A stretch of DNA of 64,000 nucleotides, taken from the IMG/VR virus record IMGVR_UViG_3300029105_000372; one strand, written 5' to 3'. Positions 7,865 through 17,996 of this stretch are shown one piece after another. A program made the translations under genes and the position numbers. The notes under the pieces were generated by a model. That model did not search any database and was not told the origin of the DNA. It saw only the letters and a list, made by a program, of their open reading frames with translations. Each line of letters opens with the position of its first letter. The stretch's first letter is position 1. The stretch comes from a virus.

Positions 7865-10800
7865 TTACGCTCCTTGGAAGCTGTAACCGTTGGCATTGCG
7901 CTGTGTGGTTACTGCGTCCGTAACTGTCTTTCCACCGATTTCAACAATCGTCTGTTCTTTCTTATCAGCCTGTGTCTTGGTATTCTTTGAAATCTCACTC
8001 ACAGCGGTTGTTATTCCTAGATCATCCAGAGCCTCTTTGATAGCTTCTTTCAGACCGCCGCCGGAATTAAGCGTTGCCTGCACGGTTCCGTTTGTAGATA
8101 CCTCCCTTGTCACACGCTGCACGATTGCTTCATTTGTGAAATCACTTCCATAATTGTTGCTGTATTCTTTCAATGCACTGTCATTGATTTTCAGACGTGT
8201 TCCGAGGTTCACGTCCATATCAGCGAATGAATCTACCCAGGAAGTGACAATTCCTTTTGTTTTCTCTCCCTCTTTCTCTACGCCGATGTTATATCCCTCT
8301 ACGGAATATGCACCTAATCGTTTGAATACTCTGGACGGAGAGTTAATATCCAGTTTGTCTTTGAACCATGAGATAATACTGCTGCCCCACGATTCAATGT
8401 TGTTCTTACAGGTAGAGTACAGATTTCCTATACCGTTCTTAAAACCATCTAACACATTTTTTGCAATGTCATACCACTTGTCATAAGAACAGGTATTTGT
8501 GAACCACGTTTTTACATTAGAAGCCCATGTTGTAATGTTGCTCTTACAAGTCGTATAACTGTTTCCGATTTTCGTTTTGAAGCCGGAAATAATATTCTCT
8601 GCATAGGTACTCCACTTAGAACTATTGATGCCTCCAAAACCACTATCAGAGAACCACGTTTTGAGGTTTGAAGCCCATGTTGTGATATTGCTTTTCGTAT
8701 CTGTGTACGACAGTCCTATTTTGTTCCTGAAACCAGTTATGATATTTCCTGCATAAGTGGTCCATGTGGCATTGTTGATATTTCCGAATGAAGATCCAGA
8801 AAACCAATCTTTCAGGCTATTCGCCCAAGTAGTAATGTTGTTCTTTGTGGTGGTATAGGTGCTTCCAACCTTTTCCCGGAAGCCGGAAATGATATTGTTT
8901 GCGTAGGTCTGCCAAGTATTGCTATTGATGTTTCCAAAGCCGCTGCTCGTATACCATTCCTTAACTTTGCTCGCCCAGGTTGTGATGTTATCTTTTGTGG
9001 TGGTGTATGTGTTACCCACCTTTGTTTTGAAACCAGTGATAATATCATTTGCGTAGGTGGTCCATGTACCGTTATTCACTCCGCCGAATGAAGAACTATT
9101 AAACCATTCCTTTGCCTTTGAGGCCCATGTGGTAATGTTGTCCTTGGTCTGTGTATAGGCATTTCCCACTTTTGTCTTGAAACCGGAGATAATGTCATTT
9201 GCATATCCGGTCCATGTTTCCATGTTGATCCCACCAAATGATGAATTGTTGAACCACTCTTTAGCCTTAGTAGCCCAAGTCGTGATGCTGTCTTTCGTGG
9301 TGGTATAAGCATTGCCTATCTTGTCCTTAAAGCCGGTTATGATGTTCTGACCGTGGGTTTCCCAAGTCTCTTTGCAAATCTTTCCAAAGCTCGTACCCGA
9401 GAACCAGTCATTGACCTTTCCGGCCCACTCCGTAACTTTTGCTTGGCAGTCTGAGAATTTCTTTCCGATGCCTCCATTGAAAGCAGTGACAAGATTACTT
9501 CCAAGTGTGCTGAATACGGTTGAATCGGATGAACCACCTATGCCGAATATTCCTTTGACAACATCTGTCACATTTCCGAAACAACTCAACGCTGTCTGCA
9601 ATGGTGCTGGCAAAAGGGATTTAGATATTCCACCCAGCAAGCCACTGACTATTTTCTCTCCGACAGTATTTATTTCTCCATCATCAGATCCAATTCCGAA
9701 CTTCTTTGATATTCCCTCAACAACGCTTGTTTTCAGTTCATTCCAAATGGCGGTCCATGATACCCATTTGAACAAATTCTTGAATGTCCACTTGGCTGCA
9801 AATACCTTAAAGACTGTTTTGAGGATTGTGTCCCAGTCAATCTCGGACATTGCCGTTCCTACGCCCTTTAGAAGTTCGTACCAATCTACCTCGTCTATTA
9901 AAGTGTTAATCAGTGTGCATACACCAGATATAAGGGAATTGATTGTGCCTCCGGCTTCTTTCCAGTCGATAGTCTTAACTGCCTTGTTTATCGCACTCGC
10001 AAAGTCACTTCCGATTTTCTTGAAATCTATCTTCGCAAGGAATTTTCCAAGACCGCTGAAAAGTGTCTTGATGCTGTTGCCAAGCGTTGTGCCTACAAGA
10101 TTCCAGTGGATCTCCGTAATTGCGGTATTTATATTTGTTCCAAGTCCCTCACAGAAAGTATCGAAACCATCTTTGATGGTATTCCAATCGAGTTTTTTCA
10201 GTGCTGTGTTGACACCGTTTGCAAAGTTCGTAGCAATATCTTTCCATGGGAAAGTCTTTGAGAAATTCAGTACGGCAGTAAATACACCATTTACAAAACC
10301 AGCGAATGTTTCTCCAATGCCAACATAATCAATTCCGACTATTGCATTGCCAAGCAAATTGCCGATTGCGGTTCCGAGTGAAGCCCAATCCAATCCGGTA
10401 ACGAATGTCTTTGCAAATAGAATCGCTGAGTTTATTGCATTGGAAATTGCTGTTCCAATTTTCTTCCAGAGATCTTCTGTCTGCAGGGCAGCGTTGATTG
10501 CATCTACGATACCCTGTGCAAGTCCCTTTGCGGTTTTATTTATCAGAGTCCAGTCAAGAGTATCTAATGCACCAATGATAAGATCTGCTATTGCCGTTCC
10601 GAGACTGCTCCAATGGAAGTTTTCTACAAATGAATCAACGAACTCAAATGCAGAGTTAATAGCTTGCGCTATTGTCACACCTATTGATGTGAACAATCCA
10701 GGAGTTTCAAGGAAACCATTCAGGAATGTCGCAATGCACTTCGCAATCTTTCTCAGAGATGCTTTGATGCCGTCCCACTGAATGTTATCGAGGGCTTCTT

Positions 10801-12550
10801 TCAGTTTCTCCCCGAACATTCTTCCTACATCGTAGAAATCAGCTTCATCCCAAGCATCCTTAATCATCTGTGCAAGATTTTTGTACTTATCCGCAATCTC
10901 GTCTGTTTCATAACCGCTTCCATCGGCTCCGCTGTTGCTTCCACTGCCGCTTTTATCATCACTTAGGATGTTAAGCTCATCTATGCCGGTGGTAAGGTTC
11001 TTTGCCGCCTTTGCAGCACCATTTAAGGAATCTGTATAATCTTTATTCTGTTTTATTGCCTTGGTATAGAACTTCTTACCTGTGAGTGCTGAGAAGAACT
11101 GTGCCAATGCGTTTGTTGCTGCAATGAGCTTCTGAATCAGATAATCCAGAATCGGAGTAACTACATTCAGTATTGGCTCAAATGCAGTTGTCAGTGATGC
11201 TCCAAGCTGTCGCAAATCGTTGTAGAGCAGATTTACGTTTTTGTGAAACTCTGTTCCGGCTCTTTTTGAATAAATAACAAGGTTATCGAATCCTGTTTTT
11301 ACGAGTTCAAATAGGTGTGTAAACATTGAACGTAATAACATGAACGTTCCAAGTCGGATGATTGAGTCGAGTTTCTTTGCAAATGCACCAGATTGTTTTT
11401 CTGAAAATCCAAGGCTTTCTCTCACTCTCTTTTTGAGTTCCTTGAATTTGTTTATAATTGCAGCAATCCCAGAACGGATTTTGTTCACTACCGTTTTCAC
11501 GGCAGAAATGATTTTTTGTGTCTCGTTCTTTACAGCATTTGCCACTTGCCTTACCGCATTGATGATTGCAGTAAGGATTGTCAGGATAATACCAATAATC
11601 GGTATCGCCGCCTGAACGGCTTCAAGACCTACTGCCATAGATTGGAACCCAGCGTTTGCCGCCATGCCCCCGGTTTCAATGGCCGGAAGAATTGATGCAA
11701 TTCCACTTAATATAGAAGAAAAGGTTCCAAGTCCACATTTCTGTGCTGCATCCCCTATGGACTTAATGGACTTTGCCACATCCTCCATATTCTTAGGAGA
11801 CTGTGAAACCGTTTCCTTGAACTGCTTAAACTGTTCCTGTGCCTGTCTGAGACCATTCACAGCTTCCTCATACTGACCGGTATCAAACCGTATCTTTCCA
11901 CTCTCCATACCGCTGACAGTGGCTTTGTACTTATTGATCTGGTCTATGAGTTCCTGAATACGTCTATTAGCCGGATTTGTGTTTGCCTGATTGAGACTTT
12001 CGTTTAAGTTTGTCTGTCCGGCTGCTGCACTTTGTCCGGCAGTTCCGAGGTTGCTTTCCTCTTGTGCCAACTGACTTGCCGCTGATGCGGCACCGTTCAT
12101 TGCTGCCTGTGCCTCTTCTGATGCAGTCGCAACGCTTTCTGTGGCTGCCGCTGCTTGCTGACCGTTCTCCAAAGGCTGTACACGTCTCTGTGCCCCCTCA
12201 GAATCAATTCTGATGCTGACGCGATTATTCGATCCGAGGTTTCCAAGTGCTGTGCTGACTTCCTTTACAGTAGCCGCAACCTCTTTTAATTTCGCCGTAT
12301 CAACTCCTGACAGAGACTTAATGGATGATGCAATGCTTCTCATACCACTTCCGGCATTTTTAAGATCATCTCCAACGCCGGAGAAACCACGCATTACATC
12401 AAGAATCTGTTTTAACTTTTCTGTATCTAATCCCTCAGTGATTTTCTTCATTGAGGTAAGAGCTTTTGTTACTTTATCAATACCACCGTCTGCCTTATCA
12501 GTGGTGGCTTCTATTTCCAATAAAATGCTATCTACTCTGTTATCAGGCAT
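7865..12550 (-). CDS. tail tape-measure protein (1561 aa)
   Basis: Very long ORF in the tail module. It has a coiled-coil/Ala-Gln-rich N-terminal region, hydrophobic segments and C-terminal tandem ~49-aa repeats. Confidence 0.85.
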   Translation of the reverse strand: MPDNRVDSILLEIEATTDKADGGIDKVTKALTSMKKITEGLDTEKLKQILDVMRGFSGVGDDLKNAGSGMRSIASSIKSLSGVDTAKLKEVAATVKEVSTALGNLGSNNRVSIRIDSEGAQRRVQPLENGQQAAAATESVATASEEAQAAMNGAASAASQLAQEESNLGTAGQSAAAGQTNLNESLNQANTNPANRRIQELIDQINKYKATVSGMESGKIRFDTGQYEEAVNGLRQAQEQFKQFKETVSQSPKNMEDVAKSIKSIGDAAQKCGLGTFSSILSGIASILPAIETGGMAANAGFQSMAVGLEAVQAAIPIIGIILTILTAIINAVRQVANAVKNETQKIISAVKTVVNKIRSGIAAIINKFKELKKRVRESLGFSEKQSGAFAKKLDSIIRLGTFMLLRSMFTHLFELVKTGFDNLVIYSKRAGTEFHKNVNLLYNDLRQLGASLTTAFEPILNVVTPILDYLIQKLIAATNALAQFFSALTGKKFYTKAIKQNKDYTDSLNGAAKAAKNLTTGIDELNILSDDKSGSGSNSGADGSGYETDEIADKYKNLAQMIKDAWDEADFYDVGRMFGEKLKEALDNIQWDGIKASLRKIAKCIATFLNGFLETPGLFTSIGVTIAQAINSAFEFVDSFVENFHWSSLGTAIADLIIGALDTLDWTLINKTAKGLAQGIVDAINAALQTEDLWKKIGTAISNAINSAILFAKTFVTGLDWASLGTAIGNLLGNAIVGIDYVGIGETFAGFVNGVFTAVLNFSKTFPWKDIATNFANGVNTALKKLDWNTIKDGFDTFCEGLGTNINTAITEIHWNLVGTTLGNSIKTLFSGLGKFLAKIDFKKIGSDFASAINKAVKTIDWKEAGGTINSLISGVCTLINTLIDEVDWYELLKGVGTAMSEIDWDTILKTVFKVFAAKWTFKNLFKWVSWTAIWNELKTSVVEGISKKFGIGSDDGEINTVGEKIVSGLLGGISKSLLPAPLQTALSCFGNVTDVVKGIFGIGGSSDSTVFSTLGSNLVTAFNGGIGKKFSDCQAKVTEWAGKVNDWFSGTSFGKICKETWETHGQNIITGFKDKIGNAYTTTKDSITTWATKAKEWFNNSSFGGINMETWTGYANDIISGFKTKVGNAYTQTKDNITTWASKAKEWFNSSSFGGVNNGTWTTYANDIITGFKTKVGNTYTTTKDNITTWASKVKEWYTSSGFGNINSNTWQTYANNIISGFREKVGSTYTTTKNNITTWANSLKDWFSGSSFGNINNATWTTYAGNIITGFRNKIGLSYTDTKSNITTWASNLKTWFSDSGFGGINSSKWSTYAENIISGFKTKIGNSYTTCKSNITTWASNVKTWFTNTCSYDKWYDIAKNVLDGFKNGIGNLYSTCKNNIESWGSSIISWFKDKLDINSPSRVFKRLGAYSVEGYNIGVEKEGEKTKGIVTSWVDSFADMDVNLGTRLKINDSALKEYSNNYGSDFTNEAIVQRVTREVSTNGTVQATLNSGGGLKEAIKEALDDLGITTAVSEISKNTKTQADKKEQTIVEIGGKTVTDAVTTQRNANGYSFQGA
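8350..9600 (-). repeat. about 8 tandem ~147-bp (49-aa) repeats inside the tape-measure gene
   Basis: Protein repeats of the form NITTWASKAKEWF.SSSFGG.N..TW..YANDIISGFKTKVGN.YT.TKD recur about eight times. Coordinates were estimated from residue positions. Confidence 0.55.
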
Positions 12551-12675
12551 TTTGCCACCTCACTTCGTAAAACCCTGTCCGTGGGTGGTATTGTTTGTCC
12601 GTAAAATAAGAAAACATGGGGAACTGCGCCGGACTTGCGCTGTTTCGGTTCGTCAACCTATCCCCATGTAATCAG

Positions 12676-12954
12676 CTACTTTTCTCTTCGCTGTCTCAAT
12701 CGCTTATTATGTTCTGCGGCAAAGGCAGCGAATCTGTCTGCATCCGTCATTTTTGCTCCCGGCGGTGCGTCCTCTGTGCTGTTCATGCTTCTTGGTTGGC
12801 TTGGGTATGCCGGAGCATTTCTGCCAAGGAAGATTGCCATGGCATCTACGACATACGAACCAACGGACCACGCCAACGTATCTAAGGCTGTGGCCTGTTC
12901 TTTCGCTTCCATTTCTCTCTTCTTTTGGAATGGTTCTAATTTCGTAGGGTTCAA
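12676..12954 (-). CDS. possible tail assembly chaperone, second part (92 aa)
   Basis: Small ORF between the chaperone-like ORF 13059..13412 and the tape-measure gene, the usual position of the G/GT pair. Frameshift geometry was not verified. Confidence 0.3.
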   Translation of the reverse strand: MNPTKLEPFQKKREMEAKEQATALDTLAWSVGSYVVDAMAIFLGRNAPAYPSQPRSMNSTEDAPPGAKMTDADRFAAFAAEHNKRLRQRREK

Positions 12955-13058
12955 TGTCCAAAAGGTCTCATAGGAAACTCCATAAAGGAGAGCGTTGGGA
13001 AGCCAAACTTTATTGATAATCTCTGTAAATGTTTTGTATTTACTGAGATCTATTTCCT

Positions 13059-13412
13059 CTACTCTGTTGCCGCCTTGGTTTTCTTTCCTCCGCTCTTCGG
13101 AGGTTCCTCGGCTTCCTCGCCAAAACCCGCGGTTTTCATTGCCTCCGTAAAGGCTTCCATGACTTCATCCATGGAGCCACCGTACTTCAAATGTTCGCTC
13201 AGTATCTTTCCGGCTTTTGTAAGATCCTTTGTGCCGGTAAGGACTGCGATGATCGCTCTGATTGTCTTAAAAATCTTCATGTTCTCTCTGGTATCATCAT
13301 CCAGAAGTCCCATTACATCTACATCGTGATCTTCCAGATCACACATAAGGTTTGTAAAATCGAGATCTGCTACTTTAATCTCTTTAGGTCCATTCGCTGT
13401 CTGTAAAATCAT
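13059..13412 (-). CDS. putative tail assembly chaperone (117 aa, acidic)
   Basis: Acidic small protein immediately upstream of the tape-measure region, as for the gpG family. Confidence 0.4.
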   Translation of the reverse strand: MILQTANGPKEIKVADLDFTNLMCDLEDHDVDVMGLLDDDTRENMKIFKTIRAIIAVLTGTKDLTKAGKILSEHLKYGGSMDEVMEAFTEAMKTAGFGEEAEEPPKSGGKKTKAATE

Positions 13413-13488
13413 ACTTATTAACCGTCCTTTCGTTAATCTGTCCTATTTGTACGGCAGAGGACTATTCCCCTGCCGCTGCTTCACTTTT

Positions 13489-13983
13489 TCACGCTGTTAC
13501 ATAATGAAGAGCCTCTTCGCCCTCATCAGTAATGGAGAATGACATTTCTCTCGCATTGTTGGAAGATCCGCTTGTCGGATATACTGCCATAACACCGGCC
13601 CACTCCCATTTGCCGTCAACACCCTCTTCTCCAAACCATAACTGGTATTTATCAACTTTTCCTGCTTCCTGCAGATCCAAGAGTTTCTTGTAATCAGCTT
13701 TCTCATACCATGCTTTGAAAGCAAGATCCCCTGTGTCCTCGATACCGTTAATGGTTCTTTTCTTCGTATCGGAAAGTGTTGTAACATCGAGTTTTTCCTT
13801 TTCTCCGCCGAGATCCGGGTACTCAGTAATGTCGATCAACTTCTCAAATGTTCCTGGAGCATCTGCTTTCTCGTGCATGAGATATGTCACATTTGTACAT
13901 TTTGCCATCTTCGTTCTACCTCCTTGTGTTTTCCTTTGCCTAAGAGGTAAAGCCTTGAATTTATTAAAACCACCGGCAGACAC
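13489..13983 (-). CDS. putative major tail protein (164 aa)
   Basis: Position between the head-tail joining genes and the chaperones. The size is typical of siphovirus major tail proteins. Confidence 0.45.
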   Translation of the reverse strand: MSAGGFNKFKALPLRQRKTQGGRTKMAKCTNVTYLMHEKADAPGTFEKLIDITEYPDLGGEKEKLDVTTLSDTKKRTINGIEDTGDLAFKAWYEKADYKKLLDLQEAGKVDKYQLWFGEEGVDGKWEWAGVMAVYPTSGSSNNAREMSFSITDEGEEALHYVTA

Positions 13984-14026
13984 CAGGCGAGTGCTTTTCG
14001 GGAGCGACCCTAGCCGATGGAGTTAA

Positions 14027-14395
14027 TCATGTTTCCAATTTTGAGAACCGAGTAAGGAATTGTGAAATGGAAGTATCGCTTATATTCTCCACAGGGGAGA
14101 AGTAGTCGCAATGAAATCCGATTCCTACCATGTATTCTCTTGCGGAGTTTGCAATCTTCCGCGCCTCTGAGGCGGTCTTATTGGAGTAGAATTTAATTTC
14201 TAACCCAAGATTGATGCCATCCTCAGTATTTGAAAGTGTAGGTAACGCACCGCTCCCTCCTATCTGCTTGAAATACATATAAGGGAAAGACGGCGGTGTT
14301 GCTTTGAACACCTGTCCTCCTTTCAAACCGCTATATTTGTTCTGCAAGTCTTTCAGGAGGTTGGTAAAATACAAATTCACATTGTCCTTAACCAT
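14027..14395 (-). CDS. head-tail joining / tail completion protein (122 aa)
   Basis: Position in a conserved gene order. Confidence 0.35.
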   Translation of the reverse strand: MVKDNVNLYFTNLLKDLQNKYSGLKGGQVFKATPPSFPYMYFKQIGGSGALPTLSNTEDGINLGLEIKFYSNKTASEARKIANSAREYMVGIGFHCDYFSPVENISDTSISQFLTRFSKLET

Positions 14396-14933
14396 CCTTG
14401 AATACCTCGCTTGCTATTTTGGTTGCTTCTTTTCTAAGATACTGTGCCGTCTCGTACATGAATGGTCTTGACGGCATACCCTCTGTAAAACGCCATGTTC
14501 CATCGTCAGCCGGATAATACCAGCCCTCTCTACCGTCTTTTGTGGTAAAGATTGTTGCGCCGGAATTGTACGCCCACTGCATGATTGCTTTGTACTCTTC
14601 GCTCGGATGGGAACTATCCCTACCCTTTACGCCGGTACCAAACTCAATATATTTGCAGTAGCCACCGGCACTGATGATACCAACACCCTCTGCTTCATCC
14701 AGATAGCCAATAATGGATGCTCTTGCCACTCCGGTATCTACCGGAACTAGCTCCTGTGCTTTTTCAACGCCAAGATTTGTGAGTTTTCGGATCAATGCCT
14801 CAGCACACTTGTGTATGCGCTCTTTTCGCTTTTCCAATTTCTTTATGGCTTCGTCTATGCTGTCCGGGTCAAATGGGTTTATGTGGATGGTGTCTTGCAC
14901 ATCTCCACCCCCTTTATCTTCCGTATTGCCCAT
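14388..14933 (-). CDS. head-tail joining protein (181 aa)
   Basis: Position in a conserved gene order. Confidence 0.35.
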   Translation of the reverse strand: MGNTEDKGGGDVQDTIHINPFDPDSIDEAIKKLEKRKERIHKCAEALIRKLTNLGVEKAQELVPVDTGVARASIIGYLDEAEGVGIISAGGYCKYIEFGTGVKGRDSSHPSEEYKAIMQWAYNSGATIFTTKDGREGWYYPADDGTWRFTEGMPSRPFMYETAQYLRKEATKIASEVFKDG

Positions 14934-15295
14934 AGATTCTGTTGCAAATCATGTTTAGGGCAAACACATATATAATCTGGTTCTGTGTCCGTAGAACCGT
15001 CCTCATTGAGAACGGGAACTACATCAATGAAGAGCTTCGAGTATTCATCAATAGGCAGCTTCTTGACAGTTGATATGGTCTTGTCATAGACAACATCCTT
15101 GCCAAACGGAGAGTCCTCGGCGTTGCCGGAGTTTGGGCTTACTCTCGCAAGCACACGCACCGGATTGGAATATTTCGGTACGCTTTCTCCGGTAAGGTTT
15201 CCGTCCTCATCCACTTCGTCTGCCGTCCCCTCGTAGGTCTGATAGAAGAATGGAACCTGATTTATTCTGAGGTCTCTAAGTCTCAGCATTGGCAT
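14879..15295 (-). CDS. head closure / head-tail adaptor (138 aa)
   Basis: Position in a conserved gene order. Confidence 0.35.
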   Translation of the reverse strand: MPMLRLRDLRINQVPFFYQTYEGTADEVDEDGNLTGESVPKYSNPVRVLARVSPNSGNAEDSPFGKDVVYDKTISTVKKLPIDEYSKLFIDVVPVLNEDGSTDTEPDYICVCPKHDLQQNLWAIRKIKGVEMCKTPST

Positions 15296-15635
15296 CCCTC
15301 CTTAACAAACCAACATAGGTTTTTGGCGGTATCTTTGATAAGGCAATCTCAATGTCTTTTTTTCCTGTTTGTCCCCAGTTACGGGTAACGCCCAATTCTG
15401 TATGAGACACCAAACCGCCCCTTGCATCATCGGAGTTGATTGCTTTTGCCAAATCGTAGATTTCAAACTCGTATCGTTTGTAAAATCTCTCCAATTCCTC
15501 ATCGGTAGGCTCATCATCATCCGCCCAAAAATGCTGATTTGCAGCCTGTTTCTGGGCTTTCATAAGGAGGACGGTAATCTGCTCATCAGTGAGAGTTTCA
15601 TCATCGAGGATGACTTTCAATAATTTTGCGTTCAT
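15276..15635 (-). CDS. head-tail connector protein (119 aa)
   Basis: Acidic small protein between the capsid gene and the adaptor. Confidence 0.35.
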   Translation of the reverse strand: MNAKLLKVILDDETLTDEQITVLLMKAQKQAANQHFWADDDEPTDEELERFYKRYEFEIYDLAKAINSDDARGGLVSHTELGVTRNWGQTGKKDIEIALSKIPPKTYVGLLRRDANAET

Positions 15636-15885
15636 GCTCCGTCCTCACTTTCTTATCCCTGCTGAGTTAAGAACTCTGCGATTATTTTTGCTTTCACGGT
15701 TTCTTTTGTGTCATACCCACGTTCCGCTGCGATAGCCTTAATCTGAGCCACTGTCAGAGCATTAAGTTCTTCCTCTGTATACTTCTTTGTGGCATCAGTA
15801 ACCGTCTCTTCTGTGCTCGCATCTGATGATGTGGAAACAGAAGAATCGGCTACGATACTGGAACCACCGTTAAGGGTATGACCTG

Positions 15886-16869
15886 TTATTCCCCCGATGC
15901 TTTGGTTGCTGTCAGTACGCTCGGCAGATCTGTGGAAATATTTGTGAACTTAGCACTCATCCACTCAGGCCCGTGATCCAAACCAATCTGTCCGAAGATC
16001 TGATATGTTTCTCCTGCACCAGTCTTTGCGAGCTGCTCCAGGAAGAAATTGCCCTTACCAGGAACCATCTGATGAACCGGAGCCATGATGGACGGATCGA
16101 ACAGAACAGCGGTGCCGGTAGGCATAGTATCAAACAGAGCAACTGCCACTTCTCCGAGAGGGGTAACTACCGTCTGTAATTTGATACCGTTCACTTCTCT
16201 TCCGAGGGGAACGATTGTAAGGTTGTTCTGCTGTGCATCAAGGTTGAGCTGCAACATTGTAGTTGCATCAACTCCGAGGACGATGTTATCTGTCTTTGCT
16301 CCCTGATCGTGGATAGACTTTAATCCCTCTGCTACAAGCCAGTATGTGAGAGGCTTTTTAGCAAGATCAAGTACGTTGGTTGTGATAGCTGTCAGAAGTC
16401 CTCTTGTTTTATTGGCTTCTGCATCGATAGTTGCCTTTGCGTACTTTCCGTTGATGAATGTGTACTCAATATCCTGTGCGATCTTTGCCATTCTACGAGA
16501 AACCTGAAATGCAAGCTCGTCCATAGGATTTGCCTGCTGACCGGCTACATTGATACCCTGCAGTGTACCCATGTTACTCTGCTTTCCGTAAGAAATCGCC
16601 ACGGATTTCTGGAAGATCTGAGTTACATTGGTAAGCTGGCTTCTAGTTACCATTTCCGGCTGTGGTGCAGTAAGGGATGCTGTTTCAGAAATCTCCGGCT
16701 GTTCGCCTGTTTCTGTGTTGTACTCCTGACCGCAAGTAAACTCTACATGATTGGTTACAAGAGGTCTTGCGCCAATCATCGTAGAGAACGGTGTTGCTGT
16801 CTGCCCTTTAGCGAATAACATTCCGCTAAAATTAGGAACAGCGAATGATGTTGCTGTGCCCTGTGCCAT
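15886..16869 (-). CDS. major capsid protein (327 aa)
   Basis: Follows the scaffold gene. Size and composition fit an HK97-fold major capsid protein. Confidence 0.6.
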   Translation of the reverse strand: MAQGTATSFAVPNFSGMLFAKGQTATPFSTMIGARPLVTNHVEFTCGQEYNTETGEQPEISETASLTAPQPEMVTRSQLTNVTQIFQKSVAISYGKQSNMGTLQGINVAGQQANPMDELAFQVSRRMAKIAQDIEYTFINGKYAKATIDAEANKTRGLLTAITTNVLDLAKKPLTYWLVAEGLKSIHDQGAKTDNIVLGVDATTMLQLNLDAQQNNLTIVPLGREVNGIKLQTVVTPLGEVAVALFDTMPTGTAVLFDPSIMAPVHQMVPGKGNFFLEQLAKTGAGETYQIFGQIGLDHGPEWMSAKFTNISTDLPSVLTATKASGE

Positions 16870-16890
16870 AATTCATTACCTCCTTTAGAT

Positions 16891-17637
16891 TTATGCCTGC
16901 TGATTGTTAGCGGCACTTTGATTTAATATTGCAAGAATCGCAGCCTGTGAATCGCCTGCGTCCATTGCCTGTTTAATCTGTGCTGAATAGTCAACCTGAC
17001 CTACGTTTCCAGACTGCGGTGTAGGCATCTGAGCCAAATACTGAGCGCGGATTTCCGACTCTTTCTGTTTGTCTCTTTCCGCCATAAACTTAGTGATGTT
17101 TCCGGTAACAACATCCATGCTTCCCTCATACTCTGCTGTTGCCGTAGCCTTTGCCATTTCAGCCGGCATACCCATTCCTAAGTAACGCTCCGATGATTCC
17201 GCTACCGCTTTGAATTTTTCCAGTTCCTTGACATAAGCATCTCTCTGAGCCTGCTGTTCCGCTTTTGCCTCTGCCTCCTGCTCTTCGGCTGTCTGCTTCG
17301 CTCTAAGCTGTTTGCGAAGATTTCCCTCGGATGTACAAAGTTTGTCGTTATCGGATTTCAGTTTCGCATTTGCCGCTTTCTCCTGTGCAAGCTGTGCCAT
17401 AAGGCTCTCAACGGTTACTTCTCCGCCGGAGTTGTTTTCCTCATGCTTATCTGTCTGAGGCTGCTGCTGTGTACCGGATGCCTGAGTGGGCTGATTCTGC
17501 GGTGCTGTCTGAGACTGCTGCTGTGTCTGGTTCTGAGTTGTTGTGCTGTTTACATCTGCCATAATTGACCTCCTGCGTTTGAACGGTTCTCTCCGTGTGA
17601 ATTTCTGCGTTTTTTTACTTGCGTCTCTGCAAGACAA
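16891..17637 (-). CDS. scaffolding protein (248 aa, Gln/Ala/Glu-rich coiled coil)
   Basis: Low-complexity Q-rich N-terminal region with heptad-like AEEQEAEAKAEQQAQRD segments. Located between the head-morphogenesis and capsid genes. Confidence 0.55.
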   Translation of the reverse strand: MSCRDASKKTQKFTRREPFKRRRSIMADVNSTTTQNQTQQQSQTAPQNQPTQASGTQQQPQTDKHEENNSGGEVTVESLMAQLAQEKAANAKLKSDNDKLCTSEGNLRKQLRAKQTAEEQEAEAKAEQQAQRDAYVKELEKFKAVAESSERYLGMGMPAEMAKATATAEYEGSMDVVTGNITKFMAERDKQKESEIRAQYLAQMPTPQSGNVGQVDYSAQIKQAMDAGDSQAAILAILNQSAANNQQA

Positions 17638-17767
17638 TAGTTGTATGCGTTTGATGAGGGTTTTCTCTAACCCGTTATCTGAAAGGAATTACTCCCTCTG
17701 TAACCGAAAAAATGAGCCGGACACGATTTTCCATCACATCCGGCTCATAGGCTCTAACTGTATTCAG

Positions 17768-17977
17768 TTAGTTTTTCTTTGCTGCCTTTTTGGCAGTTGT
17801 TTTCTTGGTAGCAGTTTTCTTGGTAGCAGTTTTCTTTGCTGTGGACTTCTTTGCTGCCGCTTTCTTATTGGCAGTTTTCTTGGCAGTATCTTTCTTTGAA
17901 ACGGATTTCTTTGAAGCTGCTTTCTTCTTATCGTCCATCTTTTTCTTGTCTGCTGCTGTCTTTTTTGCAGTTGCCAT
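17768..17977 (-). CDS. small Lys/Ala-rich basic protein (69 aa; histone-H1-like)
   Basis: MATAKKTAADKKKMDDKKKAASKKSVSKKDTAKKTANKKAAAKKSTAKKTATKKTATKKTTAKKAAKKN. DNA shows 9-12-nt periodic repeats. Confidence 0.45.
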   Translation of the reverse strand: MATAKKTAADKKKMDDKKKAASKKSVSKKDTAKKTANKKAAAKKSTAKKTATKKTATKKTTAKKAAKKN

Positions 17978-17996
17978 TGGTTTTCTACCTCCTGAT

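Noticed and set aside
9372-10328. 318-aa plus-strand ORF inside the tape-measure gene (also 10347..10781, 11340..11615)
   Set aside because: Antisense to a 1561-aa gene with coherent repeats. Low-complexity Pro/Ser-rich translation typical of a shadow ORF.
12616-12973. Plus-strand ORFs 12616..12885 and 12635..12973
   Set aside because: Antisense to the chaperone and tape-measure junction. Cys/Leu-rich low-complexity translations.
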